A stretch of DNA of 61,197 nt, the filler included, from Basidioascus undulatus (Eukaryota), in assembly GCA_000826855.1 (NCBI GenBank). It is 6 parts of 6 records of this genome, joined end to end, with 100 filler letters (N's around TTAATTAATTAA, not from the genome) between each part and the next. Parts side by side here need not be neighbours in the genome. Positions count along the whole stretch, not along the records: positions 47,723 to 54,411 come from JTLS01001690.1; positions 54,512 to 61,197 come from JTLS01001691.1; 4 more parts are not named here. One strand, given 5' to 3'. A program made the position numbers and the translations under genes. Under the pieces are notes generated by a model, which did no database searches, had not been told where the DNA came from, and saw nothing but the letters and a program-made list of their open reading frames with translations. Positions 50,649 to 61,197 of this stretch are shown here, in pieces (positions within the stretch are counted from its first letter, which is position 1; every line of letters begins with the position of its first letter).

Positions 50649-53612
50649 TCACCCAATCACGCACCCCCCGCCCCCCTCTCTCCCGGGGCAAGGGCACGCG
50701 TCCCCAAACCAAGTCGACCCCAGTCCACCCTCCACATCCGCCCTCCTAATCGGGCCGGCCAGCCTCTTAACCTGAATCGTGCGCTTGACCTCCCCCTCCC
50801 TCCCCTCCGCCCCAGCAGCATCGTACCACCAGCGCAGGACCTGTCCGTCGACGTCCCACCGGCCGTGGGAGACCTGCACGTCAAGCGCGAGCGGGAGGGC
50901 GTCGACGGACTCGATCAGGTGGACCTCGCCTGTCGGTGTATGCTTCTTCGCGCCGCCGGCGCCGGAGAGGTCGTCGAGCGACTGGGCGGGCGTGGTGCGG
51001 TAGCTGCTGGACGGGGAGGACGAGGAGGCGGCGGTGGGGTCAGCCCCGTAGTGCACCCAGGGGAGGAAGATCTCTGTGGGCGTGTTGGACGCGGCACGCG
51101 CGAGGTCGGTGGGCCGGACGTGCACGGTGAGTTCAAATTGGGAGGAGCGGATGTCGAAGGAGAGGGTGAGGGGCGTGCCGAGCGTTGCGAGCGGGTAGGG
51201 GCGCACGAAGGCCGGGAGGGCGCGCGCGCCGTTCGTGAGGAGCGCGGCGGCGGCGGGGAGCGCGGCGGCGGCGGGGAGCGCGGCGGAGGGAGAGGGAAGG
51301 TTCGAGAGCGTGGGGACGCCGCCGGCGCCGCCGCTGGTGGAGGGGAGGTCGACAGAGGAGGGCGCGAGGGAGCCGATGGGGCTCTTGCCGAGGGAGGACG
51401 AGGAGTCGTTCTCGGCGTCGGCAGGGCGGAGGTCGTCCGCGCTCCACAGACTAAGATCCTCGCCGTTCCAGTTGTCTCCCCATTGGTGGCTATTGGCCGT
51501 CACATACGTCCAGATGGTGTAGCTCAGGATGTTCGGGCCGTCGCACGCGTTGAGGGACGCGTCGAGCGCCTTGACGTGCTGCGAGTAGTCGCCCGCACCG
51601 CGCCCCCCGTCGACGTACCCGTACGCGCGCTTGTCGTCCTGGTCGTACGGGATCCCTGTCTCGCCGATCATCGTCGGGTACGCGCGCCCCTTCGAGCTCA
51701 CCAGCACGCGGTCGGCTGCAAGCAGCCCGAGCTGGTGCTGGAACGAGCGCCGGATCGCCGACTCGCCCACGCGCAGGGCGAGCACGAGCGAGAGGTACTT
51801 GTGGCGGAGGAGGCCGACGGCGTCTGGAGGGCAAGAGCGAAGGTGTCAGCGTGCTGGAAGGGGTGGGGAGAGAAAGAAAAGAGAGCGGGCGCACCGGCAT
51901 TGAACCAGTTCCAGTGCTTCGTCACTGCGGGTGGACACAAGTCAGTCTAGATGCTTCAAAAGGGAAGACCAACCGGAACGCCGGCCCACTCACTCAGCGT
52001 CAGCCCATCATAGTAATGGTGGCTCAGGACCGCGCGGCCCTTCAAGAACTCCTCACCCACGGGCGCGGGCTCCGCAAACACGGGCGGGGCGATCCAGAGG
52101 ATCGCGTCCTCGTGGACCTCCCTTATCGCCCTCCCCCAGCGAAACACATGCTCCTTCCAAAAGTCCTCCGTAAACACGATCCGCTTCTTCTCCGGGTCGT
52201 CCGGCAGGGCGCGGAAGTAGTCCTTCCTGAGCGCGATCCCAGAGTCGACGTCCCACACGCCATGGAGGGCCCAGACGTCCACGCCGAGCTTCCACGCGGG
52301 GTCGCGCTTCCATCCCCAGAGCTTGTTTGTCCCGTCCGGCTCCTCCGCCTCGGGGTCGAGCCACGCCCTTGACCCTCGCGGGTCGACGAGGACGCTCCCG
52401 TTGCGGACGGGGCCGAACGCGCCGAAGTCCCAGCGCTCGACGGTGGTGGGCAGGCCCATGCCGAGGCGCATGCCCTGGAATGCGGTCGGCGTCGAGCCCT
52501 TCTTCAGGGCCTGCTCCGCAGGGATGACAGTGATGTCCTCCACCCCCAGGAAGCCCTCGTGCGGCTCGTTCATGCTGTCCCACCCCAGCACGGTCGTGTC
52601 CTCCAGGTCCCCCGCGGCACGGATTGCGTGCGCGAGGCGCGCGAATGCGCGAAGGTAGTGCGCGTGCAGGTAGTCCTGTATGTTCACGCCGTCGATGACG
52701 CATTTCGGCGCGAACGTCCGCCCCGCGAAGAAGAGCGTGAAGACCGTCTGCGACGCGAGACGGCGACTGTGCTCCCAATGCACTTGCGTCAGTCTCCCAT
52801 CCTCCTCGCTAGCTGTGGGAGCGGCGCACTAGTTAGTCGACCACAGCATGGCGGGGAAGTGCGCCGGGTCCGGCGAGTCCGGGTCGGGCCACTCGCAGTG
52901 CAGGAACGCGGCCTCGGTGCGGGTGAACCCGCGCGGGTCGAGCCCGCACGCGTGCAGCGTCCACAGCGGCGCGCCCGAGCCGCCGATGAAGCGAGCCCAC
53001 TGTGGGGTGCGCGAGGGGATCTGAGTTGGGATACAGAAAGCGCGGGGAGGAGGACGTACGAGGTCCTGGTGTGGGTCCATGTAGACCTTGAAGCCGTACT
53101 CCTTGATCTTGCGCAGCACGCCGATCGTGTACTCGATGAACTCGTCGTCGTACTTTCCCCTGCCCTCCCAAACCCTTCAATCAGTTCTCTCTTCCCTCGT
53201 CCCCCAAGCTTCACCCCCTGACAAGAAGTGCATTCGACTGACGGCCCAGCATGCTCCAGCGCCTCCCAGCAAACGATGTAGCGCAGGCAGTTGAACCCCC
53301 ATCCCTTCAGGCGCGCAAGGTGCTCGTCCGCGCTCCCATCGTCGAGGTTGAGCGGCTGGCCGACGAACGAGGGCCCGCCCGCCTCGGCGTCCTCGAAGAA
53401 GCCGTCGCGGATGTGCGAGGGCTGGCCGGGCGGCGCCTTCGCGGAGCCGGAGAGGTTCACGCCGCGAAGGATCTGGGGAAGGGGCAAGGTTTGAGCTGGG
53501 GAGAAGGAGAGGGGAGGGGCATGGGAGGAGAGAGACGTACGACTGTACGGCCTTGGCTGTCCCGGAAGTAGGCGCCGTCGGTGGTGATGCGCGAGGAGGA
53601 TGGGTCAGACAT
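50649..53612 (-). CDS. EGH1: Glycoside hydrolase GH5_12, endoglycoceramidase-related / steryl-beta-glucosidase (EGH1/EGCrP2-like)
   Basis: [68 protein letters not shown], acid/base [15 protein letters not shown], nucleophile [27 protein letters not shown] and [11 protein letters not shown]. Confidence 0.93.
51241..51286. repeat. 18-nt in-frame tandem repeat (~2.5 copies) encoding AALPAA
   Basis: AGCGCGGCGGCGGCGGGG x2 plus a partial copy, within a low-complexity loop of the GH5_12 gene. Confidence 0.85.
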
Positions 53613-53926
53613 GGAGGGGGGAATCAGGGAGGGGAAAGGGCAAGAGCGAGGAGGAAAGGGGTGCTGTGGTGCTAGGCGATCGGTACTGCTCGATGTTGTT
53701 GCTCGGCGGGTGTAAGAGCGTGGTCTATGTGCAAATGCTCGTCGCCGCCGTTGGAGATGAAAGACTTGATGATGAGGTGGGAGGGACAAGCAAGGACGGG
53801 AGGGGCTGCTGAATCTGATGAACGGCCGGGCCGAGGCAGGCAGGCGGTCGTTGCGTCATTTCGTTCGATCTTGGACACTCTCCATCATCCCACTTTTATA
53901 GGCACCGACTCCTCGACTCGAGGAAG

Positions 53927-54411
53927 ATGTCATCCTCATCTGCCGCCGTAGCCGTCAACGATAACGCACTGGGAGCGCATGCGAATGGGAATGCGAGTGG
54001 GAATGGGGAGGAGAAGCAGGGAGTGAAGAGGTTGACGGCGAGGCAGGAGCAGCGGCTGATCGACGAGCTCGACGCGGCCTTCCTCGAGCTCTCAAGGGGG
54101 GTCCGAAAGCGGTGCGCATTCCCATTCAGACTCACACCTTTGTGTGTACTGACGAGTAAACACCACCAGGCACGACCCCTCGACCACCGTCCCCACCCTC
54201 TCCTCGTACCTCCTCGCCCTCCACCCGCTGCTCTCGCACCTTCTCTCCCGGCTCCCCCCAACCTCCCCAACCGCGCACGCGTATCTCCTCCGCCTCACCC
54301 TCGACCTCCTCTCCATCGTCCCGCTCTACCGCCTGTCCCTCGCGCCCGAGCCGCTTCTCGTGCGCGCGTGGCTGACTGATGTTATCCACAGGAGCGACAA
54401 CCGCCGCGCGC
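53927..54411 (+). CDS. Conserved fungal protein resembling TFIIH-associated Tfb6-like proteins, 3'-partial
   Basis: Spliced LTARQEQRLIDELDAAFLELSRGVRKR|HDPSTTVPTLSSYLLALHPLLSHLLSRLPPTSPTAHAYLLRLTLDLLSIVPLY. Family call from recalled pattern only. Head-to-head with the GH5_12 gene. Confidence 0.55.
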
Positions 54412-54511
54412 NNNNNNNNNNNNNNNNNNNNNNNNNNNNNNNNNNNNNNNNNNNNTTAATTAATTAANNNNNNNNNNNNNNNNNNNNNNNNNNNNNNNNN
54501 NNNNNNNNNNN
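54412..54511. other. Artificial contig linker
   Basis: N-TTAATTAATTAA-N, 100 nt. Confidence 0.98.
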
Positions 54512-56240
54512 GGACAGACGTGGTTGTTAGACCTAATCTTTACCTTTGTTACTTCAGAATCTATACTCACAATGGTAGCGATGATGATGAGTGCTGGAGG
54601 GTGAACCGTGTCGGTGGCGTACTCGTACGACAGGACACTATGGGCAGGACGTCAGTCAAGCCGACATTTTCCGTAAGGGTCAGTTTGGCGTACCCAAGCG
54701 CCAAAATAACCCAACTGAAAAATAATCAGGTCATCAGCGCCAAGCATCCCGATGGTTGAAGGCAACACGGGCAAGCGCACAGTGAGAAAATGAGCACCCG
54801 GTAGACTGCACAGCAGATAATGGATCAGTCGACGCAGTGCGTATGAAGGTACTAGAACTGAGAAATACTCACTGATGTCAATGTTGACTTCGGTCTTATT
54901 CCGGATCATGCCGGCTCAGTTCCGTCGGAAGACCAGAAGGACCAGATGGAGAGGACGATGGCCAGCGCGAGATATATGGAGATGATTACTGCAATGCTAT
55001 GTCTGTTACAGCCCGATATCAGCAAACTCCCTTGGAGCAGTCAATCCGTACCTCGAGTGGGGAACGGACATGGGGTTCGCGTTGGGATTGACTGCAGACT
55101 TCCGCTCAGCGATGTGGTTTCGGCAGGCTGTGTCAGATGGCGCACCTGTGCAGTAGAATCCTCCGCGGATTATGTCGGCCGGATGGGTGATACCGTACTG
55201 AGAATTGGTAGAGGGTCATGAAGAGTACGCGTTATATGAATGAATATCAGCCATAGCTCACCCAAAGGGTATAGCCGGTGACTGGAGCCGCAGAGAGCCA
55301 AGCGAATGCGAGGAGCTGATCCTACCATCAGAAGGGGTGCGCATGTCCGGGGTGAATGAAAGGATAGCTCACAGATCCCGTGTTTGTAAAACGAGTGGCT
55401 AAATGGGTGGGCGTCCGGGGGCAGCAAGCGAGACGACAACCGACCAGATCTGTTCAAGGCCGTCCCCCTTAGCATTGACAGTGATTGCTCGCAGAAGATG
55501 GGCGGAGAGGACGCACGTTGAGAACCAATGCAAGCGTTACGCCTCCCTGCAGAAGAGGTGCACCACAGCACTCGCGATACGCAGCCGCTCAGGCGGGATG
55601 AGAGTCCTGGGATGCCCGCCAAGTAGAAGCAGTGCGTCGAACACGGGCGCGACGATCATGGCGAGGTAGAAGGTTGGGCTGGTCGCATGGCGATGGATTC
55701 GCTTGGACCTTCTCATCGAGCGGCTTGCTCTCGGGCTTGTCCTCCGCCCCCCAGGGCTCGAAGGGGGGGTGACCATGTGCTCTCGCCACCACACCAATCT
55801 GTCCATCAGTTAAAAAGAGACCAGGGGAGAGGGGAAGGAAGGAAGGGGAAACGGCAGCACACCTCCAGCGCCCTCCTAAACCCTTGGTCCCCGCCCTTCT
55901 CCAAATGCCCAATCAGCTTCTCGAGCACCCACTGCCTCAGCACGAACCTCGGATTTACGCCCGCATCTCGATCTAACAGCAATGAAAATGTTCTTCCACC
56001 GAATCCAACAAGAAATGCCCAGGAGGCACCTCAGAGCGCAGTCGGCATTGGAAGCACCGACGGACCTAACGTCGGAAGTGCCGACGGACCTCCGGCCCAG
56101 CGCCCCAACCTCATATATCACCTCAGAAGAGACGTTCTGACCTGTCCGAATCAAGATTCCCCCGTACTTTGCCTCAACTGCTACTGGGACACGACTCTTT
56201 CTTCTCTCATCTCTACTTCCGCCACCCCGCCAGCTTCGCC

Positions 56241-58100
56241 ATGTTCACACACCGTCTGCTCGGCGTCGCCGCAGCGCTTGTCGGTCTTTCGACTTTTGCT
56301 GACGCCGCAGAGGTGCGTATGAGGCATATTCTGGCGCATAACTTTGTGTATATCTACAATCGATCACCTGACTGGTCCTGTTCGTAGCCCGATGCTTTTG
56401 GTGACGCTGTTAATATTTCCGAACGGCCCATGTGCGTACATTTTGTACAACTGGGGGGGAAGCGCGCACGAGGATTGAGAGTGTTCCTCAATAGTGCGGG
56501 ATACGTTCCCGGGACGGGCATTAACGTAGTCTGCACGCTATTCTTCCTTACGGTGACCGTCTTGCTGTGGTATCGTACGTGCACCGAGGCTGTGCCCGTC
56601 ACAGCCGCCTAAGACGCTGGGTGGCGGACATGCGATAGACGCTCATGTTCAACTGTTCTTCCAACAGAATACTGGCGCAGGAGTATGAGGTGTATGCTGG
56701 TACTTAACATTGGTAGTACATGCAGGTCTTCCTCATTCTCATTTGTCATGTCTGCATACGTGTTATGCTGACAGCTTGGGAACTTCTGCGGAGACGGCAG
56801 GCATGACTATCGGCTTCATCCTCCGGCTCGTATATGCCAAAGCGTCCACAGACATCGGCAGGTATATCATCCAGTATATGGTCAGTCCGTCCTGTATGAC
56901 CCCACGAAGAACTTCACGGCCACTGACCTGCCATACGTCTTCTCCGTCCTACCCACCCTTCCCTCAATCCACCTAGCTCATCCTCTTGTCTGTGCGCCTT
57001 CTTCTGTTCCCTTCTGATCAATGCCAGGGCCCCAGAATTCATTTTACCTTCCCTTCAGCCATGTGCTTTCATCGCTATGGATTACATACTTCTACCTCGG
57101 TTGGCAGTTCACGTTGCCGCCGAAGACTGCCTCTTCATCCGCCCAGAGCGCGTGGCCAAGATCTTCATCTGGTCTGATGTATCAACCTTCCTCATCCAAG
57201 TGAGCTTTATATTTCAACATCTTTCGGTCATGACCAAACAGAAATCCGGCTTACACAGGGAGTTACTTTTGCAGTGTGCCGGTGGTGGTATGTCGGCAGC
57301 AGCAGGAGACATTGCGTCCGTCGGTGAGAAGGTGCGGAGTTGTTATTTGACCTGTTGACGAGTTGAAAAACCTCCGCTGACTTGCTCCTCTTGCTCCTCT
57401 CATCAGATCTCCATAGTCGGCATCGTCATTCAGCTCGTGTCGTTTGGGCTGTTCACCGTGCTGCTGCTGAACTTTGGCTGGCGAGTGTAGGTCTAGGTCT
57501 TTTTCGTCGGCGTCTGCGCTTTGTCTTCAGGCCGCATTACTTACAGAATAGGGATATTCTTTACCAGTAAACAACGCTACCCTCGGGTATGGCACACGAC
57601 TGCGCTGTCTGGAGTCATTGCCTCGAAGCCGTTCGATTTCTTTAGTCGTAAGCCGGCTCTGCAGACGTGGAAGGTTCTCTACTTCGCGCTGGCCTACACT
57701 TGCATTGGAATCCTGGTATGTAGACAAAGCTCACTGTCAATCTTTTAGGTGACTGGCTCACTGTTCAACTTCTCTGTAGATTCGTTCCGTCTTCCGTACA
57801 ATCGAACTTTGCCAAGGGTCAGCATCCGTTGGCATTCTTTCATTTACGGATCATCAATTATGTTGATAATTGCCACCATTTTCCAGCTATTCCGGATACC
57901 TTGCAACTCACGAGGGTTATCTAATCGGGCTCGACACGTTCCCGCTCTGGTTGGCGATCACGGCGTTCGTCTTTGTCTGGCCGCCGCGATGGTTCACGCC
58001 AGACAGCAAGATACCAAGTGGCCATGCGAGCGTCTACGAGAGCGTGCAGGTCATGGGCTCGTCGTCGTCGTCGGGTGGGCCCAAGCTTGAGATGGTTTAG
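56241..58100 (+). CDS. RTA1/RSB1-family 7-TM protein (lipid-translocating exporter family)
   Basis: GYVP, MTIGFILR, QYM-LILLS-PCAFIAMDYILLPRL, KIFIWSDVSTFLIQ-CAGGGMSA, GIVIQLVSF, IRSVFRTIELCQG-YSGYLATHEGYLIGLDTFPL and WPPRWF; many short exons. Confidence 0.92.
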
Positions 58101-58737
58101 CAGTTTAGCACACCTCCGGACCGAACTGTTTTGTTAACATTTTTCTCTACCTCTGTCGAACTGTTTTGTCTCGTCATGGCTTCCGCTTCATACCTTTCTT
58201 TCTTTTTGATTTCACAACATGTACTTTGGCATAAAATGAGTCTCACCGCCCAATGATTGCAGCGTGCAGAGCTGTTTGCTGTTATTTATTCCATGCTTTG
58301 TTGACCTTGCCAAATGGGAGCAGCTTATGCGCTTGAGACGTCAGCGCCAGGGACGCCTTTCACATATGTACTGTTCATGAAATTAGCATAGCAAAGTTTA
58401 TTGACGGTTTTCCAGTATAATTACCCATGCCGCAAAACGACAAAACCTCCTGGCGGGCGGCAGTGCGGTTTGTTTTCGTACGACGGCGAACCTCCCTCAT
58501 CTACCCAAGGAGATCATTCTCCATTTACTTTACTTTACTTATCATGGTTTTGAGTTAGTGGTAGTGGGGGGCATGTCTCAATCGCGGGATCCCATTGCCT
58601 TGGTCGGTTAGCCCAAAAGGGCCGGCCCTGGGGCGACGGCTCATTATGTTCAGGAGTATTACACAGTAGCCTGAATGTAATTCACTGATGAATTGCGCTG
58701 GGTCCTCGGAGCTGGAAGCCCAGAAAGACGTGAGCGC

Positions 58738-60127
58738 TTAAGAGAAGGAATCCCAGCAGCAGCCAATGTGCATCGGAATCAGCCAATCCACAACAGTATA
58801 CCAAGCCACAAACGCAGTCCCAAGAAAGTAAGCTACCCCGCAGTTCTCAGCGCTCTCACTCGCAGACCTCCGCCCTCCAGTCCTCCTATCCACTGGGCGG
58901 AAGCGGCTTCCAGGTCCTCTCAGAAAACTCCAGCCGCATGCCGTCGAAGTACGCCGAGGCTGAAGGCTGTATGTAGCGGACGAGCTTTGGATCGGTCCCG
59001 TGAGCCCAGAGCTGCTTGAAGAACAGGACGGCAGCAACGTCAATTATGCCATTCAGCACGAGCGAGACTCTCTAGACAGACTCGTCAATCGATTCCGAGG
59101 AGAGGATAACAGGACGAAGGTGAGCGATGACGTTCGAATTCAGCAGGGCAGACGTCCAAAAGCGCTTCAAGTTTGGAAACGCGAGGACGACGGGCTGGAC
59201 GTATCCAAGTTGTCGAAATCAAAACCATTCATAATCATTTCACCACAAACGGAAGGAAACCCCGGACTACGAACCGGCTTAGACCCCAGTGCAGGATTTC
59301 GAGCTGCTCAAGGCATCGGGCGCGGTACCGGGTTGCCGCGAGCTCCTCAGGCGTCACGACGGTCTCAACGTCAAGCGCGAGGCTTACCTCTCAAGCTGAG
59401 GATGAGGGAGTCGATCGTAGGCAGCTGAGGTAATAAGGCACCCATCGCGCTGAGACTGTAACCCGGTCTGGCAGCGCCATTGCGAGTGCGCGGCAAGAGG
59501 TAATCGGCCAGGCTGAGCGCGTGAATGTGCTGTTTCAGTTCAATCAACTCGAGAGCGCGAATGAGCCGTTCTCAAGGTGAGCACGCCCCAAGCGACGGTC
59601 CACTGCGCGAAGAGCACGCCCATGTTCGCGTGCTGAAGCCAGTGGAAGTCCAGCCAGGGAGGTATTCGTCCGTTGACAGGCACGAAGCTGAGACTCTCTG
59701 CGCTCTCCTCCTGAGGCTAGGGGACGCCCGTGAGAAGAGCCTCGCAAGGGTCGTGTGCGCGGATATCCTCTAAGCCGGGCCTGCGAGACAACCCAGCGAC
59801 TCCAATCAGGCGATTAGGTGCGTACATACAGACGAGTGGAATGACTCACAGCCTCAACTTGACCCCCGCCGGATCAGGGCTGTGTACTCGTCGAAGGTCG
59901 GCTTCATCCAGTCAACATTCCTGTCGGGCTCGAGCAGTGGCGCATTGAAACGAAGACGTGTAGGAAAGACGTTCCGGACGTCAGGACACCTGAAAACCAG
60001 ACTTGAAGAGATCGAGCGCAGATAGCCCGAGGTGAGCGAGAGGTTGCGCAGGTAGTAACTGGCAGTACTCGGTCTTCGAAGATAGCCAGGTGGATCTCTG
60101 CGTGCAGGTCTGGAGGTAGTCCGCCAT
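58738..60127 (-). pseudogene. Degenerate F-box-like gene
   Basis: Joining three frames gives MADYLQ/xLHAEIHLAIFEDRVLP/SYYLRNLSLTSGYLRSISSSLVFR, a fungal F-box-like motif. Downstream sequence has many stops; the 3' boundary is uncertain. Confidence 0.5.
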
Positions 60128-61197
60128 GTTAAGCTGGGCGAGGATATCAGAATTGTAAGAAAGAAGGTGCAGCGGAGTTGTAACACTGTCGAGAACCGAC
60201 TGGGGAGCAGTAGGTCGAGAAGGAAGACGATGAGAGGAAGACGATGAGAGGAGAAGAGAAGAGTCATTCGTGGCCGAGGTCGTCTCCGCCAATTCTGGTT
60301 CGCGGAAGGTCGTTCTCATGCTCGTTGGCCAGTTTCCATGTGATTGACCACAAAACCACAAATGTCGATGTGCATTAAGATTTTTTCTTCTGAAATTGGC
60401 CGGATACGTGGATCTCAGCCTGTACGCACGCATCTGTCACACATCATTCGGTCAGAAGCCAGCTTCATCCAAACCCTGCACTGACGTTTCATGTTACCGC
60501 TACAACCTCCAGAAGCAGTACGAATATCTTGAGGAAAATAAAAAGGTGTTCTCTTTCGGCACGTCCCGGGGTCCATCTTTGCCTCAGGAATGAAGTACTC
60601 GCACTAGGCTCAGCCAACCCGGTTCAGTAACACCACTCACCATGCCAAAACCCACTGCGTTCGGTATAGAATACTGCCAGAATCTGGCTGCACCGGATAA
60701 GCGTTCAACTTTGTCTCCAATATGCGTCAACCAGTGGTCATTCGAGCTGGTATAGCGCAGCGTCGGGCTCACGACCCAACTTGCAGGTCAGCCTGCGGTG
60801 GGCATCATCAGACACAAACTCAACAATGACCGGGTTAATCTATAGCCTGGAACTGGAAACCCAGTCTTCTTCCTTCGAGGTTAATGTGTGCAGGAGTTTC
60901 AGTGCGGCCCAACGACAGTGCTGCATTGTCGAAATGCAGGCCCTCCTGCAGTCAGTCCGAGGGCAGCTCAACTACTTCGCATAGCACCTTAGAGTACCAT
61001 TCTCTTCATTCCAGCTCTTGCTCCGTCTATATAGCAAAGTTCTCCTTTGTATAGCTGTGGGACCAAGTGGGGCGCGCCAGAACAAGCACATCTGACGAAG
61101 CTGGCAGGACGCGAACAGACAAAGCGCAGCGCGCGCCGCGTCGCGTTTCTTTCTTCTCGACCACCAACATCTCCTAGCCCTCAAACGCATACACTCG

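Noticed and set aside
54512..55900. Hydrophobic fragments suggesting another dead membrane-protein gene
   Set aside because: Fragments could not be assembled into a recognisable family.

Overview
Eukaryotic, intron-rich fungal DNA. The GTGCGT/GTGAGT/GTACGT donors, ~60-100-nt introns and gene content suggest a basidiomycete, probably a Pucciniomycotina-type yeast (inference). The window is not one locus: it is six unrelated contigs (1-6698, 6799-13493, 13594-20288, 20389-47622, 47723-54411, 54512-61197) joined by artificial 100-nt N/TTAATTAATTAA/N linkers, and two contig ends retain Illumina adapter sequence. Apparently intact genes reconstructed by hand: GH125 mannosidase, WDR44-like WD40 protein (partial), Abp1/drebrin-like protein (partial), Cdc4-like F-box protein (partial), FUSC/ArAE membrane protein, YME1 i-AAA protease, HYPK-like protein, GH5_12 EGH1/EGCrP-type glucosidase, Tfb6-like protein (partial) and an RTA1-family protein. 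Between them lies an unusually dense set of broken genes: an UNC-93-like MFS, a GSK3-like kinase, a liz1/FEN2-like MFS, two F-box-like genes, an unknown intronless gene, and a CFEM-GPI gene with a frameshift right after its best ATG. There is also a decayed LINE. I found no convincing new multi-gene system. The strongest signals are deletion-biased decay of accessory genes, microexon-rich or non-canonical splicing, blockwise G/C strand asymmetry, and a possible lipid-anchor tail on the GH5_12 enzyme. All family assignments come from motif recognition, not database searches, and exon boundaries are manual.
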